Below the pieces are notes generated by a model, which made no database searches, was not told where the DNA came from, and saw nothing but the letters and a program-made list of their open reading frames with translations. DNA of 64,000 bases from the NCBI GenBank assembly GCA_036679605.1, contig JAZDCZ010000419.1, positions 192,001-256,000 on the forward strand. Reading direction: 5' to 3'. The translations under genes were made by a program, and so were the position numbers. Positions 48,234 through 58,902 of this stretch are shown in pieces; positions within the stretch are counted from its first letter, which is position 1; each line of letters opens with the position of its first letter. Source of the stretch: Gemmatimonadota bacterium. Lineage in GTDB: Bacteria; Gemmatimonadota; Gemmatimonadetes; Gemmatimonadales; GWC2-71-9.

Positions 48234-49430
48234 GTGCTCCGGGTGAGAATAGCGCTCGGAATCGCCTGCGCCATTCTAATCTCCGTCGAATCGGCGGCGG
48301 CACAGTTCCCGAATTTGCCGAAGCTAGGCGAAAACTGGGTAGACGTGGCTTACCCTATCGTCTTCTACGAGCCTCGCAACGGGCTTGTGGCCGGGTTTTA
48401 CTACGCCCAGATCCGGCCCCCGGGTTTCGACGACTTCGACGAACCATCACCACACCGCGCTTCGGTTTCTCTGCAGGGGAAAATAGCGACGTCGGGATCC
48501 AAGTCTATCAAGCTGAATGCGCAATTTCCGAATTTCTTCCGAGGGTGGAAGTTGGGCTTCACCCTTTCGGCTCTTCGGGACGCTCGGCGAAACTATTTTG
48601 GGATTGGAAATGGCACAAAATTCGACGGAGATCTAATAACCGATTCACAGCCTCGTTTCTTTCAATCCGACAACCGCCGTCTCTTCCTGCGCACCGAGGT
48701 CCAAAAACGCATACTTCCCTGGTTGCGGATTGTGAGCGGGTTCCACGCAGAGCGCTGGAGAATTGACACGCTCAAGGGGCCTAGCGTCCTTGGATCGGAT
48801 GCGGCAGCCGGTATCGATCCCACGATCGGCCGCACCCAGGACGATGTCAGTGCCAGAATCGGAATCGTGATCGACCGCCGCGACGACGAACGCTCCCCGA
48901 CACGTGGCTTCCTCATCGAAGGTATTGTCGGGGCGGCTGATTCAGGCGTGGCGGGTGATCTCAGCTACACCCGTGCCACCGTGTCTGTCTCAGGATATCG
49001 CATGGTCAGCGAACGAGTGTTGCTTGCAGCCAGGATAGTAGGACAGGGGATGAGTGGATCTGCTCCTATTGGCACCTACTACTTCGTCGAGGCCTCCGAC
49101 AGGCCGCTGCAAGCACTAGGAGGCGGACAGTCCCACCGTGCTCTGTCCACTAACCGCTTCCTTGGAGAAGACAAGCTGTTCGCAAATATGGATATCCGCT
49201 ATCTATGGATGGGAGAGCGCCACGTACTAACCGTAAGCCTTCTCGGATTCTTAGACGTAGGTCGTGTGTTCCACGACCCGGACGGCTTCCGTTTGACCAT
49301 GAACGGGCTTCACGTTGGCGGTGGCGCAGGGCCCATCATTACGATCGGAAGAGCCGGCGTGATTGGATTCACTGTCGGCCAGGGCGCCGACGGGACCAAG
49401 ATCGTGGTCCATTCGCAGTGGACTTTCTAA
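48234..49430 (+). CDS. Omp85/BamA-TamA-like outer membrane beta-barrel without POTRA
   Basis: Signal peptide, DRRDDERSPTRG, LGGGQSHRA..RF, FLDVGRV, terminal WTF. Confidence 0.7.
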   Translation: MLRVRIALGIACAILISVESAAAQFPNLPKLGENWVDVAYPIVFYEPRNGLVAGFYYAQIRPPGFDDFDEPSPHRASVSLQGKIATSGSKSIKLNAQFPNFFRGWKLGFTLSALRDARRNYFGIGNGTKFDGDLITDSQPRFFQSDNRRLFLRTEVQKRILPWLRIVSGFHAERWRIDTLKGPSVLGSDAAAGIDPTIGRTQDDVSARIGIVIDRRDDERSPTRGFLIEGIVGAADSGVAGDLSYTRATVSVSGYRMVSERVLLAARIVGQGMSGSAPIGTYYFVEASDRPLQALGGGQSHRALSTNRFLGEDKLFANMDIRYLWMGERHVLTVSLLGFLDVGRVFHDPDGFRLTMNGLHVGGGAGPIITIGRAGVIGFTVGQGADGTKIVVHSQWTF

Positions 49431-49454
49431 ACAGTTCGACGAGCATGCACTCTT

Positions 49455-49982
49455 CTAAAGAATAACCAACACTTCCTTGAGAGTCGTGTTGCCCTTGTCC
49501 TTCGCATACCACCGACGCACGTACTTATATCGTTCATCCTTCGGCATGGTGTCCTTGTGGGCCATCACCCATTCCTGCAACTCGGTCGGCCGTGGACCCC
49601 AATGACCCAGTTCCTTAAAATCGCAATCGAGCACGATCACAATCGGAATCGACCTAGATCCATTCGTAAGGTATCGGTCCATTATTTCCGGGCGGTCATC
49701 TCGCTTTAGCAGCCGGACGTTCAGACAATGGGCCTCATCGCCCAACTTGGCCAAGATTGGTACGGTGTTGCTCGCGTCGCCACACCAGTCCTCGGCTATA
49801 ACAAGGAATCGCCTGCCTATTCCTTTCTCGCACGCCTCGTCTAACGCCCACTGGGGTATCTGCGCCAGACGATACACTCCTTCCCAAAGGGATCGGTTTT
49901 CCTTTGCTTCCTCCAAGAACTGCGTATACGGAATGGCCTCACCCCACAGGTTCTCAAAGTCGAGTTCATTCTCAATCGCCAT
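49455..49982 (-). CDS. Thioredoxin-family protein (WCGD type)
   Basis: AEDWCGDA, GSRSIP, WGPRP; GGAG RBS. Confidence 0.85.
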   Translation of the reverse strand: MAIENELDFENLWGEAIPYTQFLEEAKENRSLWEGVYRLAQIPQWALDEACEKGIGRRFLVIAEDWCGDASNTVPILAKLGDEAHCLNVRLLKRDDRPEIMDRYLTNGSRSIPIVIVLDCDFKELGHWGPRPTELQEWVMAHKDTMPKDERYKYVRRWYAKDKGNTTLKEVLVIL

Positions 49983-51129
49983 AGTTCTCCACTGGGCGCT
50001 CTTCAATCTCGATGCCCCGTTTCCCTAGTTCCGCCACATAGTCACGATACGGGGTCGCTTCGTACCCAGTTCGAACACCGTGTGCCGAGATCCGTCCATC
50101 CACCTGCATCTGCCCAGTAATGGACAGCGAGAACCCCGTGGTCCGCATCATTGCACTCATTTCGGTTTCCGCGTCGGCAAAGTCCAATAGCTCGAAGATT
50201 GCGGTAACCGGCACGGAGTCGGTCGTTCCTGTGACTACCACCTTGAGCGCGACTACATCCTCGGAGTCTGGATTTCTGAGCTTGGGGTCGGCGACAGCGA
50301 TGAACACGTCTCGCGGCGACACTTCCAGGTCGTTGACGGTTACCGGTTCCACATCCAACAGACCTAGCTCACGGATCGCCCTCATTATCGTGGCGTGACC
50401 CGGATAGCGCAGTGTCTTGTACTCCATCGACTGCACTCCGCCCCAATCGTTCCAGGGCATAGTCGAGATGCCACCACCGGTATGAAACGCTTCAAGGGTG
50501 CCAAGTTCTTGAAACTCGACCGACTCTAAATCGGATAGGGCATCGACCTGAACCGGCTTCCCGTTCCTAACTACCCAGGACGGCGTCGTGTAGTAGTCCA
50601 GAGCACCTTCCAGCGAATACACGACCTTATAGTTGAGTGGTGGTTCCGGATGCCGCGGGAGACCTCCTACGAACATTTTCACCGAATCGACGTTTTCTAC
50701 CCGCCGTATCCCCTCCGCTGCCAAGATGTTCACCATGCCCGGAGCGAGCCCACAATCCGGAACGATCGATAGGCCCTTAGCCCTGGCAGCCGCATCCAGG
50801 GTCTGTTGTTCTCGGACGATTTCCGTGTTGCCACCGAGATCACAGAAGTGGACCCCTGCCTCTACGGCCAGCCGAGCCAGTGGGTGGTTGAAATAATAGG
50901 GGATGGCGCTCATGACGGCATCATGTTCTCGCATGACTCTTGAGACAGCTGGTTCCTCTCGCACATCGAGGGTGATAAGACTGAGACGCTGATTGAGAAA
51001 AGGCAGCAGGGTCCGAGGCAGATCTATCGACTGCGCATCCGCAATCGTGACGCTGGCGTCGGTACACCTAAGTAGATCAAAGGCACAGGCCGTCCCTTGG
51101 AGCCCTGCACCTAACACTAGCATTCGCAT
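49972..51129 (-). CDS. Saccharopine dehydrogenase family (lysine 6-dehydrogenase-like)
   Basis: LGAGLQG, DLGGN, DCGLAPG, YKTLRYPGH, AMMRTTG. Confidence 0.88.
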   Translation of the reverse strand: MRMLVLGAGLQGTACAFDLLRCTDASVTIADAQSIDLPRTLLPFLNQRLSLITLDVREEPAVSRVMREHDAVMSAIPYYFNHPLARLAVEAGVHFCDLGGNTEIVREQQTLDAAARAKGLSIVPDCGLAPGMVNILAAEGIRRVENVDSVKMFVGGLPRHPEPPLNYKVVYSLEGALDYYTTPSWVVRNGKPVQVDALSDLESVEFQELGTLEAFHTGGGISTMPWNDWGGVQSMEYKTLRYPGHATIMRAIRELGLLDVEPVTVNDLEVSPRDVFIAVADPKLRNPDSEDVVALKVVVTGTTDSVPVTAIFELLDFADAETEMSAMMRTTGFSLSITGQMQVDGRISAHGVRTGYEATPYRDYVAELGKRGIEIEERPVENYGD

Positions 51130-51233
51130 TGAGTTACTCCATGTCTGCTATAACGTGCGGACGCGAAAGATAGACTGGCCCACGCCACGTTGGAATGGGG
51201 CAGTTGGCAAACCTGTCCAAACCGTATACCGTT

Positions 51234-51249
51234 GTGAGTGATGACTCAC
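51234..51249. promoter_or_regulatory. Inverted repeat overlapping the TetR start, likely operator
   Basis: gtgagt-gatg-actcac. Confidence 0.55.
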
Positions 51250-51849
51250 GTTGACGGTACCAGGAGATCAGGCCGGACGAAACGGGATCCCAAGGGGACC
51301 AGGGATCGACTGGTCCGCGCAGCGCTCGAACTCTTTACCTCCAAGGGATACCACGCCAGCACCACCCCACAGATCGCGGCCATGGCAGGAATTGCCGAAG
51401 GGACGATCTACCGTCATTTCCAAAGCAAAGAGCATTTGCTGAACGAGATCTACCGGGCAGCGGTTCGACTACTTGCCAAACCTCTCCAAGATGCTCCAGG
51501 AGAAGCAACCTGCGCGGAACGCCTAGCGAGAATTGCCCACGAGTGGTGCAGCCTGGCCAGCACTACGCCGGCTTTGGTGACCATTGTCTTCGGAGACGAC
51601 GCGGCTCTTCATCTCGACTCAAAGAGTCGCGAGAGCTATTCGGAGCTGCGTAACGCGCTCGAAAAAATCGTGGCAGTAGGGAAGGGCTCTGGGGATGTGA
51701 GAGCCGGCTCTGTAGACGTATTGACTGATGTTTGGCTCGCGCTGGTGGTGCTTGGCCTCAAGCGTTCCGCGACACAAGACGACAGTTTTCATAGTGGTGC
51801 CGTGGAGCAGGTGCTCGATTGTGCCTGGTGGGCAATTCGGGAACGGTAG
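51238..51849 (+). CDS. TetR/AcrR-family regulator
   Basis: AALELF..GY..IAAMAGIAEGTIYRHFQSKE. Confidence 0.92.
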   Translation: MMTHVDGTRRSGRTKRDPKGTRDRLVRAALELFTSKGYHASTTPQIAAMAGIAEGTIYRHFQSKEHLLNEIYRAAVRLLAKPLQDAPGEATCAERLARIAHEWCSLASTTPALVTIVFGDDAALHLDSKSRESYSELRNALEKIVAVGKGSGDVRAGSVDVLTDVWLALVVLGLKRSATQDDSFHSGAVEQVLDCAWWAIRER

Positions 51850-52009
51850 CGCTAGCGACCCTCGGAGATTCGTCCTACCTCAACGAGCCACGACCCCTCG
51901 GGATCGGCCACTACAGACCTAGGCCGCATAGCAACATTCAAGAAGGGTAGCTTCTAGACAAGTTTCGTTAATTGCTTAACGTACTGGCACCTTTGCCCGG
52001 AGATCGTAC

Positions 52010-53377
52010 ATGGCTGCACCCACAACTTCACCCCAGCGCGGTTCGTGGGGGAGTCACCTCGGATTCTTGATGGCTGCGGTTGGATCTGCCGTGGGCCTCG
52101 GCAACATGTGGCGCTTTTCATACGTGGCTGCCGAGGGCGGCGGAGCGACGTTTGTACTCCTGTATCTGGTGTTCGTGGCCGCCATCGGCATTCCTCTCAT
52201 GACCTGCGAGCTGGTCGTGGGCCGGATGACTCAAGTATCCCCGGTCGAGGCCCTGAAGCGACTCGGCGGATCGGCGTGGACGCCTGTCGCATGGTTGTTC
52301 GTCTTCTGCGGCTTCGGGATCCTGTCTTACTACTCGGTCATCGCGGGCTGGACCATGCGTTTCGCCTTTGACGGAATCCGGGGTGCAATTCCCCAGGACA
52401 CGGCGGCGTATTTCGGGGCGGTCGGAACCGGTGTACCCGCCGTTGTAGGGCTTGTCCTGTTCATGGCGATAACGATCGTAATCGTGCTCGGGGGTGTTAA
52501 GAAAGGCCTGGAACGGGCGGCTATCGTCCTCATGCCGATGCTATTCGTGCTGCTCGTAGGGCTCGCTATCTGGGCATCCACTCTTTCTGGTGGCGGAGCC
52601 GGCTACGCTTACTACTTGAAGCCACAGTTGAACGAACTTCTCGACCCGACGATAATCACGAGTGCCGCGGGCCAGGCCTTCTTTTCCTTGAGCCTCGGCA
52701 TGGGCGCCCTCATGACATACGCGTCTTACATGCGCAACCAGCGGAATCTTGCCAAGGAGGCAGCGACGATCGCCATCGCCGATTTTGGGGTGGCGTTTGT
52801 GGCTGGTCTGATAGTCTTCCCCATCATCTTCCACTTCGACTTGGGTAACGCTGTAGGTCTGGGTGGGGCACTGCAGGACAACACGGTCGGTACCCTGTTC
52901 ATCACGATTCCGCCCGCCCTACAAACTCTGGGTGACAAGGGCAACCTGATAGTAGGCGCATTTTTCGTGATGCTTTTCTTTGCCGCGTTAACCTCTTCCA
53001 TCTCGCTCCTGGAGGTCGTAGTTGCCGCAATAATCGATGGATGGGGATGGACTCGCAGGAAGGCCACGCTCACTTTCGGAATCCTCATCACGTTAATGGG
53101 AATCCCGTCTGCCCTCAGTCTCAACTTCCTTGGAGCGACGGACAAGTTCGTCGGAACATTCCTCCTAATGTTCGGCGGGCTGCTGACGAGCTTGCTGGTC
53201 GGCTACAAGATTCTGCCCCAGGCGCAAGCAGAACTGAAAATAGGACTGGAAAACCCATTTGCACTGCGGGCCTTTACTGTTTTCGTGCGGTACGTTGCAC
53301 CGCCAGTTCTGTTCGTTGTGCTGTTATTTGCGATTCCATCTGTGCTCGCCGCATTCGGGACGCTGTTCGGTGGATAA
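52010..53377 (+). CDS. Sodium-dependent transporter (NSS/SNF family)
   Basis: GSAVGLGNMWRF, QAFFSLSLG, AALTSSISLLE. Confidence 0.93.
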   Translation: MAAPTTSPQRGSWGSHLGFLMAAVGSAVGLGNMWRFSYVAAEGGGATFVLLYLVFVAAIGIPLMTCELVVGRMTQVSPVEALKRLGGSAWTPVAWLFVFCGFGILSYYSVIAGWTMRFAFDGIRGAIPQDTAAYFGAVGTGVPAVVGLVLFMAITIVIVLGGVKKGLERAAIVLMPMLFVLLVGLAIWASTLSGGGAGYAYYLKPQLNELLDPTIITSAAGQAFFSLSLGMGALMTYASYMRNQRNLAKEAATIAIADFGVAFVAGLIVFPIIFHFDLGNAVGLGGALQDNTVGTLFITIPPALQTLGDKGNLIVGAFFVMLFFAALTSSISLLEVVVAAIIDGWGWTRRKATLTFGILITLMGIPSALSLNFLGATDKFVGTFLLMFGGLLTSLLVGYKILPQAQAELKIGLENPFALRAFTVFVRYVAPPVLFVVLLFAIPSVLAAFGTLFGG

Positions 53378-53399
53378 TCGGCAATATCGGGGAGCTTGA

Positions 53400-54494
53400 T
53401 TACGTAGCGGTCGCGTAGACCCCGTCCAAGGCGCTCTCTCCCGGCGGAAGATTTGTCGTGCGGCTGGCCAGTGCCTCTTCGGCTGCTCGATCGACCTGCG
53501 CAGCAATCTCGTCTTCGACTCTCTCTAGTTCCTCGGCCGGTATGCCGTCACCTTTCAGGTACTCCTCGTAGAGGCCGATCGGATCGCGGGCACCCCAATG
53601 TTTGAACTCCTCCGCAGGGATCACGTTCCGCGCTTCCTGTTCATCGTGTGTGGCGTGTCCGCCCATCCGGAAGGTCTCTGCGGTTAGAAACACAGGTCCC
53701 TCGCCACCCCTACATTTGTCGGCTGCCAGGGTTGTCGCCGCGTACGCATCCAATACGTTATTGCCGTCGAACTGCCACCCCGCAGCTCCATATGCTTCGT
53801 GCAGCGCCTCAAAGGTCTCGTCGAGGTGACTCACAGATACTCTAGTGCCCAAGGCGATCTGATTGTTCTGTATGATGAAGATGACAGGCAAGCGCTGGAC
53901 CGCCGCAAAGTTGAACGCTTCATGGGTACCGCCGTGTTTCACCGATCCGTCGCCCACCCATGTAAGCGCTACACCTCTCTCGCCGCGCAACTTGAATGAC
54001 AGCGCTATGCCTGAAGCGACCGGCGGCATGTTACCAATATTAGATATCGGCTGAAGAACTCGGTGGGAGATGTCGCCCACGTGTCCGTCCCGCCCCTTTG
54101 ACGGCGAGTCAAATGTACCCAAGTAGCCGCGCAGCATATCTGCGATCGACATCCCCATTTCGCAACACGCACCTGCGTTGCGGATCATTGGCGCTACGAC
54201 GTCTGTGCCGCGATCCAGCGCATGGACCGGCCCGATTGTCGTGGCTTCCTCGCCCGTACCAAGCCAGGCTTTGGAGATGACTCCCTGTCTGACCCACCTC
54301 TTGAGCGTAATGTCGTGCAGACGAGTGCGTAGCATACCGCTGTAGAGTTCCAGCTTGGCGTTACGGCTGAGCGACTCAACGATTGCAAACCGTTCGGGCT
54401 GGCTCGACAATGTTTCCTTGAAGTCGGTTACTAAAGTCGGGTCTGGTTCCCAACTCACATACTCCGCCGGATCTAAAACCGCTAGCCGTTTCAT
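53400..54494 (-). CDS. TPP-dependent dehydrogenase E1 alpha-like subunit
   Basis: GDG..NNQ TPP motif, DGNN, RMGGHATHD, DPI. Confidence 0.88.
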   Translation of the reverse strand: MKRLAVLDPAEYVSWEPDPTLVTDFKETLSSQPERFAIVESLSRNAKLELYSGMLRTRLHDITLKRWVRQGVISKAWLGTGEEATTIGPVHALDRGTDVVAPMIRNAGACCEMGMSIADMLRGYLGTFDSPSKGRDGHVGDISHRVLQPISNIGNMPPVASGIALSFKLRGERGVALTWVGDGSVKHGGTHEAFNFAAVQRLPVIFIIQNNQIALGTRVSVSHLDETFEALHEAYGAAGWQFDGNNVLDAYAATTLAADKCRGGEGPVFLTAETFRMGGHATHDEQEARNVIPAEEFKHWGARDPIGLYEEYLKGDGIPAEELERVEDEIAAQVDRAAEEALASRTTNLPPGESALDGVYATAT

Positions 54495-54564
54495 CGCTTT
54501 ACAGGGTTCCTCTTGAGTGGTTCTCTGTCTAATATCCGACAATCGACACATGGGGAGCAAGTGC

Positions 54565-55431
54565 ATGCTTCAGATTCATCCATCGCGTCACAAAAACCCG
54601 GCATGGTACACCGCTCTGGCAGCTGTGATTTGGTTTGGCCTGCAACCGAAAGTGGACCAATCATATCACATTCAAAGCGCAAACGACGCTGTTGCCGATT
54701 CGCTCATTTCGGTCTGGATTGACTCGGTTGGCGGAATGCAGACGTACGAGAATTTCATTTCCGCATCGTACACCGTGACCACCGTACTCTACGATACGGT
54801 TTCCGGACGGGAAAAGCGCAGTCGGCCGCGTTATGTGTGGATCAAGAAAGGCCCCTACGGCGAACAGAGCCGAGTGGAGCGGTGGGAATCGGGTGGCCTC
54901 ATACAACAGGGGTTCAACGGTCGCGATCCCGCTTGGGCGGCAGAAGCGGGCACCATCCTTCCGGACACCGCAAAGGATTCGCGTGAGTCACTCTATGTAG
55001 CACGCGATCTGTTTTATTGGATTGGCCTGCCGTACAAATTGAGAGATCCCGGAGTTTTTCTCAATTACCTCGGCCTCAAGCGGCGTCCAGGCGCCGAGTT
55101 ACGTGGCGGCGGTGTTCCAGCCGAACCTCACGACGGGCTCTACCATGCCGTCGGCGTCAGCTTCGGCGAAGGCGTTGGCGAGCATTCCGATGTGTTCGTC
55201 TACTACTTTGTGCCGGGACGTGGATTCCCCACTGAGGTTACATACGTCGAAGAGGGAAAAACCAGCTTGAATCGTGTACTTTGGGGTGAGACCAAGACGG
55301 TGGGCGATCTCAGCTATCCGTACGTGGTCGCTCGCACGACGATCACTGAGTCAGGTAAGCGCTCCAAAATACTCGTCATTTCCGACTTGGTGATCAATCC
55401 CACGATCTCTCAGGCGTCCAGCAACGCCTGA
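54565..55431 (+). CDS. Secreted/membrane-anchored hypothetical protein
   Basis: GGGGAG RBS, hydrophobic N-terminus, GLPYKLRDPG; overlaps kinase 3' end by 22 nt. Confidence 0.65.
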   Translation: MLQIHPSRHKNPAWYTALAAVIWFGLQPKVDQSYHIQSANDAVADSLISVWIDSVGGMQTYENFISASYTVTTVLYDTVSGREKRSRPRYVWIKKGPYGEQSRVERWESGGLIQQGFNGRDPAWAAEAGTILPDTAKDSRESLYVARDLFYWIGLPYKLRDPGVFLNYLGLKRRPGAELRGGGVPAEPHDGLYHAVGVSFGEGVGEHSDVFVYYFVPGRGFPTEVTYVEEGKTSLNRVLWGETKTVGDLSYPYVVARTTITESGKRSKILVISDLVINPTISQASSNA

Positions 55432-56432
55432 CCCAACTCCAGTGCCGTAGAGTACCTATCCTTCGGCTCGGTTTCGAGTGACTTCATCAGCACCGCTTCG
55501 AGCTTCTCTGGGAAGTCAGGCCGGTACTTCCGGAGCTTTGTTGGTTTACCTCGGAGCCGCATGATCATCATCTCCTGCGGCGAGCGTCCTTCAAAAGGTA
55601 ACCGAGTCGTAAACATCTCAAAGGCAACGATCCCCAAAGCGTACACGTCACTCCGCGCATCGATATCTTTGCCCCTGATCTGCTCGGGGCTCATGAACTC
55701 CGGTGTTCCAAGAATGATCCCGGTGGCCGTCAGCTTCGCAACGCCAGGTTCTGGTCTGTTCTGCTTGGCCAAGCCAAAATCCATGACGACAGGGATATCG
55801 TTACCGCCTTCAGTCGAAAACATGATGTTTTCCGGCTTGAGGTCGCGATGAATAATGTTGTGCTGATGAGCGTAGTGGAGGCCTGAGCATATTTGGACGA
55901 GGTACTCAATCCCAATATCAACGTCCATGGGGCCGACCTTCGCTTCACGATCCGAAAGGAGTTCGCCCCTTAGATACGGCATGACCAAGTAGATCAGACC
56001 ATCTTCAGTCTCACCCAGCTGCAGGATGCGACAGATATTTGGGTGCTCGAGTCGCATCGCCAAACCGGCTTCTCGGCGTAATCGCTGCACTGAATTGGCG
56101 TCGCGGCTCAGCTTTGGACTCAGGACCTTCACGGCCAGCGATGCGCCGGTATGCATGTCCTTTGCTTCGTAGACGAATGACATTCCGCCCTCGCCCAACC
56201 GTCGCACCACCTTATAGCGGTGATCCAAAACCTCGTCCGTCAGTGATGCCGCCCGATCGAGTGTGGCACCGCCTCTAGGTACGATCTTACGAGCTATGGT
56301 CGCCGATTCGTTGGGTACCACCGATGGTTGCCCGCCGCTGCCGGCAACATCCACCAGCGGACTTCCGTCCTTGGGACAGAAACGGGCCTCACCCTCATAC
56401 ACGTTCTTGCATCTCGGACAACGCCGACTCAT
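55410..56432 (-). CDS. Hanks-type Ser/Thr kinase with N-terminal zinc-ribbon-like motif
   Basis: CPRC..CPKDG; GEGGMS, AVK, HRDLKPEN, DFG, GTPEFMSPE. Confidence 0.93.
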   Translation of the reverse strand: MSRRCPRCKNVYEGEARFCPKDGSPLVDVAGSGGQPSVVPNESATIARKIVPRGGATLDRAASLTDEVLDHRYKVVRRLGEGGMSFVYEAKDMHTGASLAVKVLSPKLSRDANSVQRLRREAGLAMRLEHPNICRILQLGETEDGLIYLVMPYLRGELLSDREAKVGPMDVDIGIEYLVQICSGLHYAHQHNIIHRDLKPENIMFSTEGGNDIPVVMDFGLAKQNRPEPGVAKLTATGIILGTPEFMSPEQIRGKDIDARSDVYALGIVAFEMFTTRLPFEGRSPQEMMIMRLRGKPTKLRKYRPDFPEKLEAVLMKSLETEPKDRYSTALELGQALLDA

Positions 56433-57907
56433 GGTCTTACCCTATTGCGCCCATCGTGCTTCGCACGATAGAGCGCCTCATCCGCAAGGGCGATCAATGT
56501 TTCGGGCGTGGACTCACTCTCACGATCTACACTGGCTACCCCGATAGAAACGGTCACTGTGAGTTCATCTCCGGTATCTGTGAACTCCGTGGTCGCCACG
56601 GCCTGTCGGACGCGCTCGGCAAAAATCAGCGCGCCCTCGGGTTCCGTATCCGGAAGCACGATCACGAATTCTTCTCCACCGTAACGAGCCGCCAAGTCAA
56701 CAGAACGCGCCTCCGTGCGCAGTAGATCTCCAAGCTGTCGCAGAACACTGTCTCCGGCAAGGTGTCCCATCGTGTCATTGAATCTCTTGAAGCGATCTAC
56801 ATCGATCATTAGGATGCTCAGTTCGACATTGTACCTTCCAACGCGCTCGAGTTCCCGCTCGAGCTTCTCCATAAAAGCGCGGCGATTAAGACATCCCGTT
56901 AGTGCATCGATATTGGCGAGCCAACGGTATCGCTCGCGATCCGATTGGACCGTCTCCAACTGATACGCCTTCTCGATAGCGTTAACTGCTGTCTTGATGA
57001 CCTCACCTGCAAACGATACGTCTGACCGTGTCAGGATCGGCCCTTCACCCAGGGTTCGCAGAAAGAAAATTCCCGACCTGGTACCCTGGAGAGAGAATGG
57101 AATCGCAATTGCAGACTTGGTCGGCACCTTGATACCCTCTCTACGCCACTTTTCGCGAACCTCGGCGTAAAGAGGATCGGTTTGTATGTCTGGGACCAAC
57201 ACCGGTTGATTTGTATCGAGCGCCTTCCTAATCTCCGGATAACCATCCAGATGTATCTCTAAGTTTCTGAGAGCGGGGTTATCGGACGCAACCACAATGA
57301 GTCCGACCTCATTCCCCGGCTGCGGGATCACCAACGAACACTTTGCGATCTTCAGGACATGCGCAACGCGGCGAGCTAAGATGTGATAGATCTCGTCAGG
57401 CTTGAGAGCGTCGGTGACCTCATGGAGGATATCGACCATCTCTCCCCGAATCGTCGCCTCTTCTCCTCTCGCCTTCGCCTCTGCAGCGCGCTCGCGCGCC
57501 TCCTGTCGGGCTTGTCTTAGCGCCTTGCCCGTTCTCAGGTGCGCATCTACACGCGCCAACAATTCTTTGACTCGGAAAGGCTTCGAAATAAAGTCGCACG
57601 CGCCCATCCCCAAGGACTTTACGGTCCCTTCCTCCGGGGCCATGGACGAAATCATGAGGACCGGCAAATCCTGCCACCGTGCGTCTCGCTTCACCTGCTC
57701 CAGCAGCTGCAAGCCGTCTACTCGGGGCATCATGATGTCCAGCATCAGGAGATCTGGGGAGATTTCCTCGAGCTGGCACAGCAATTCGCCACCTTCAGAC
57801 ACTGTGCTCACCTCGTAGCCCCGGTCTTTCAGAATCCACATGAGGGTGCTAAGAAGCGCCTCGTCGTCATCGGCGACTAGGATCTTGGCCTGTTCGACCT
57901 CGGTCAT
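56429..57907 (-). CDS. Diguanylate cyclase (REC-GAF-GGDEF)
   Basis: ADDD, LDIMMP, KPF; RSVD I-site; RYGGEEF. Confidence 0.93.
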   Translation of the reverse strand: MTEVEQAKILVADDDEALLSTLMWILKDRGYEVSTVSEGGELLCQLEEISPDLLMLDIMMPRVDGLQLLEQVKRDARWQDLPVLMISSMAPEEGTVKSLGMGACDFISKPFRVKELLARVDAHLRTGKALRQARQEARERAAEAKARGEEATIRGEMVDILHEVTDALKPDEIYHILARRVAHVLKIAKCSLVIPQPGNEVGLIVVASDNPALRNLEIHLDGYPEIRKALDTNQPVLVPDIQTDPLYAEVREKWRREGIKVPTKSAIAIPFSLQGTRSGIFFLRTLGEGPILTRSDVSFAGEVIKTAVNAIEKAYQLETVQSDRERYRWLANIDALTGCLNRRAFMEKLERELERVGRYNVELSILMIDVDRFKRFNDTMGHLAGDSVLRQLGDLLRTEARSVDLAARYGGEEFVIVLPDTEPEGALIFAERVRQAVATTEFTDTGDELTVTVSIGVASVDRESESTPETLIALADEALYRAKHDGRNRVRP

Positions 57908-57914
57908 TGGCTGA

Positions 57915-58880
57915 TCAGCGATCGAATCCCTCCAGTGCGGCGATTATCTCCGGGTCCGCATTGCCTCCGCTAACCACCAGCACAATCGGCCCCGTGGGCC
58001 GCAGAGCACTGGACCGAACGGCAGCCGTTGTGACGGCGCCTGAGGGCTCCGCCATCACCGCCTGTTCGGATCGCAACCATAAGGTCGCCTCGGCTATCGC
58101 CGCATCCGAGACGACAACGGAATCCACTCGTCCTCTGAGATGGTTGAAGGTAACTGTGCCAACAGAAAGAGGAAGTAAACCGTCGGCTATGCTCTCGCAA
58201 GTACTTAGACGCACTGGGCGCCCGGCCTCGACTGCAGCCTTGAACGCGGCGGCCGATTCGGGTTCAACCCCGGTTATTCGGACCTCGGGACGTAACGCGC
58301 TCACTGCCGTTGTGACTCCTGCCGCCAACCCGCCGCCGCCCACCGGCACCGCCACATGGGCCACTTCCGGAAGCTGCTCGACAATCTCGAGACCAACCGT
58401 AGCCTGGCCGGCTATCACATCCGGATGGTCGAACGGCGGCACGATGGCGAGCCCCTCCCGCTCAGCAATTTCCTTGCCCTTGAGCAATCGATCTTCCGAC
58501 GTGGTTCCGGCGTACACCACCTCGCCTCCCCACCGCAACACGCCCTCAACTTTCAGAGCAGGAGCCGTCTCGGGCATGACAATGACGGCCCGAATACCCA
58601 CCCGTTGTGCTGCATAGGCTACTGCCTGTCCGTGATTTCCGCTCGAATAGGTCAGCACGCCGTGAGCCCGACGCTCAGGTGACAAGCGGCTGACTGCCGT
58701 CCAGGCCCCACGTAGCTTAAACGCTCCGGTTGGATGCGTATTTTCTAGTTTGAGATATACGGGAAACCCGGTCAAATGCTCGAGACCGTCCGCCCGAACC
58801 AGTGGAGTGCGCTCGACCACTCCCCTCATACCGCGCGCGGCTTCGCGCACATCCTCGATGGAGACCCGTTCGTCCTCCAT
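57915..58880 (-). CDS. Threonine/serine dehydratase (PLP, no regulatory domain)
   Basis: GAFKLRGA, SSGNHG, VGGGGL, EPSGA, VSGGN. Confidence 0.9.
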   Translation of the reverse strand: MEDERVSIEDVREAARGMRGVVERTPLVRADGLEHLTGFPVYLKLENTHPTGAFKLRGAWTAVSRLSPERRAHGVLTYSSGNHGQAVAYAAQRVGIRAVIVMPETAPALKVEGVLRWGGEVVYAGTTSEDRLLKGKEIAEREGLAIVPPFDHPDVIAGQATVGLEIVEQLPEVAHVAVPVGGGGLAAGVTTAVSALRPEVRITGVEPESAAAFKAAVEAGRPVRLSTCESIADGLLPLSVGTVTFNHLRGRVDSVVVSDAAIAEATLWLRSEQAVMAEPSGAVTTAAVRSSALRPTGPIVLVVSGGNADPEIIAALEGFDR

Positions 58881-58902
58881 CAGTGGTAGAATGCTCTCGT
58901 CG

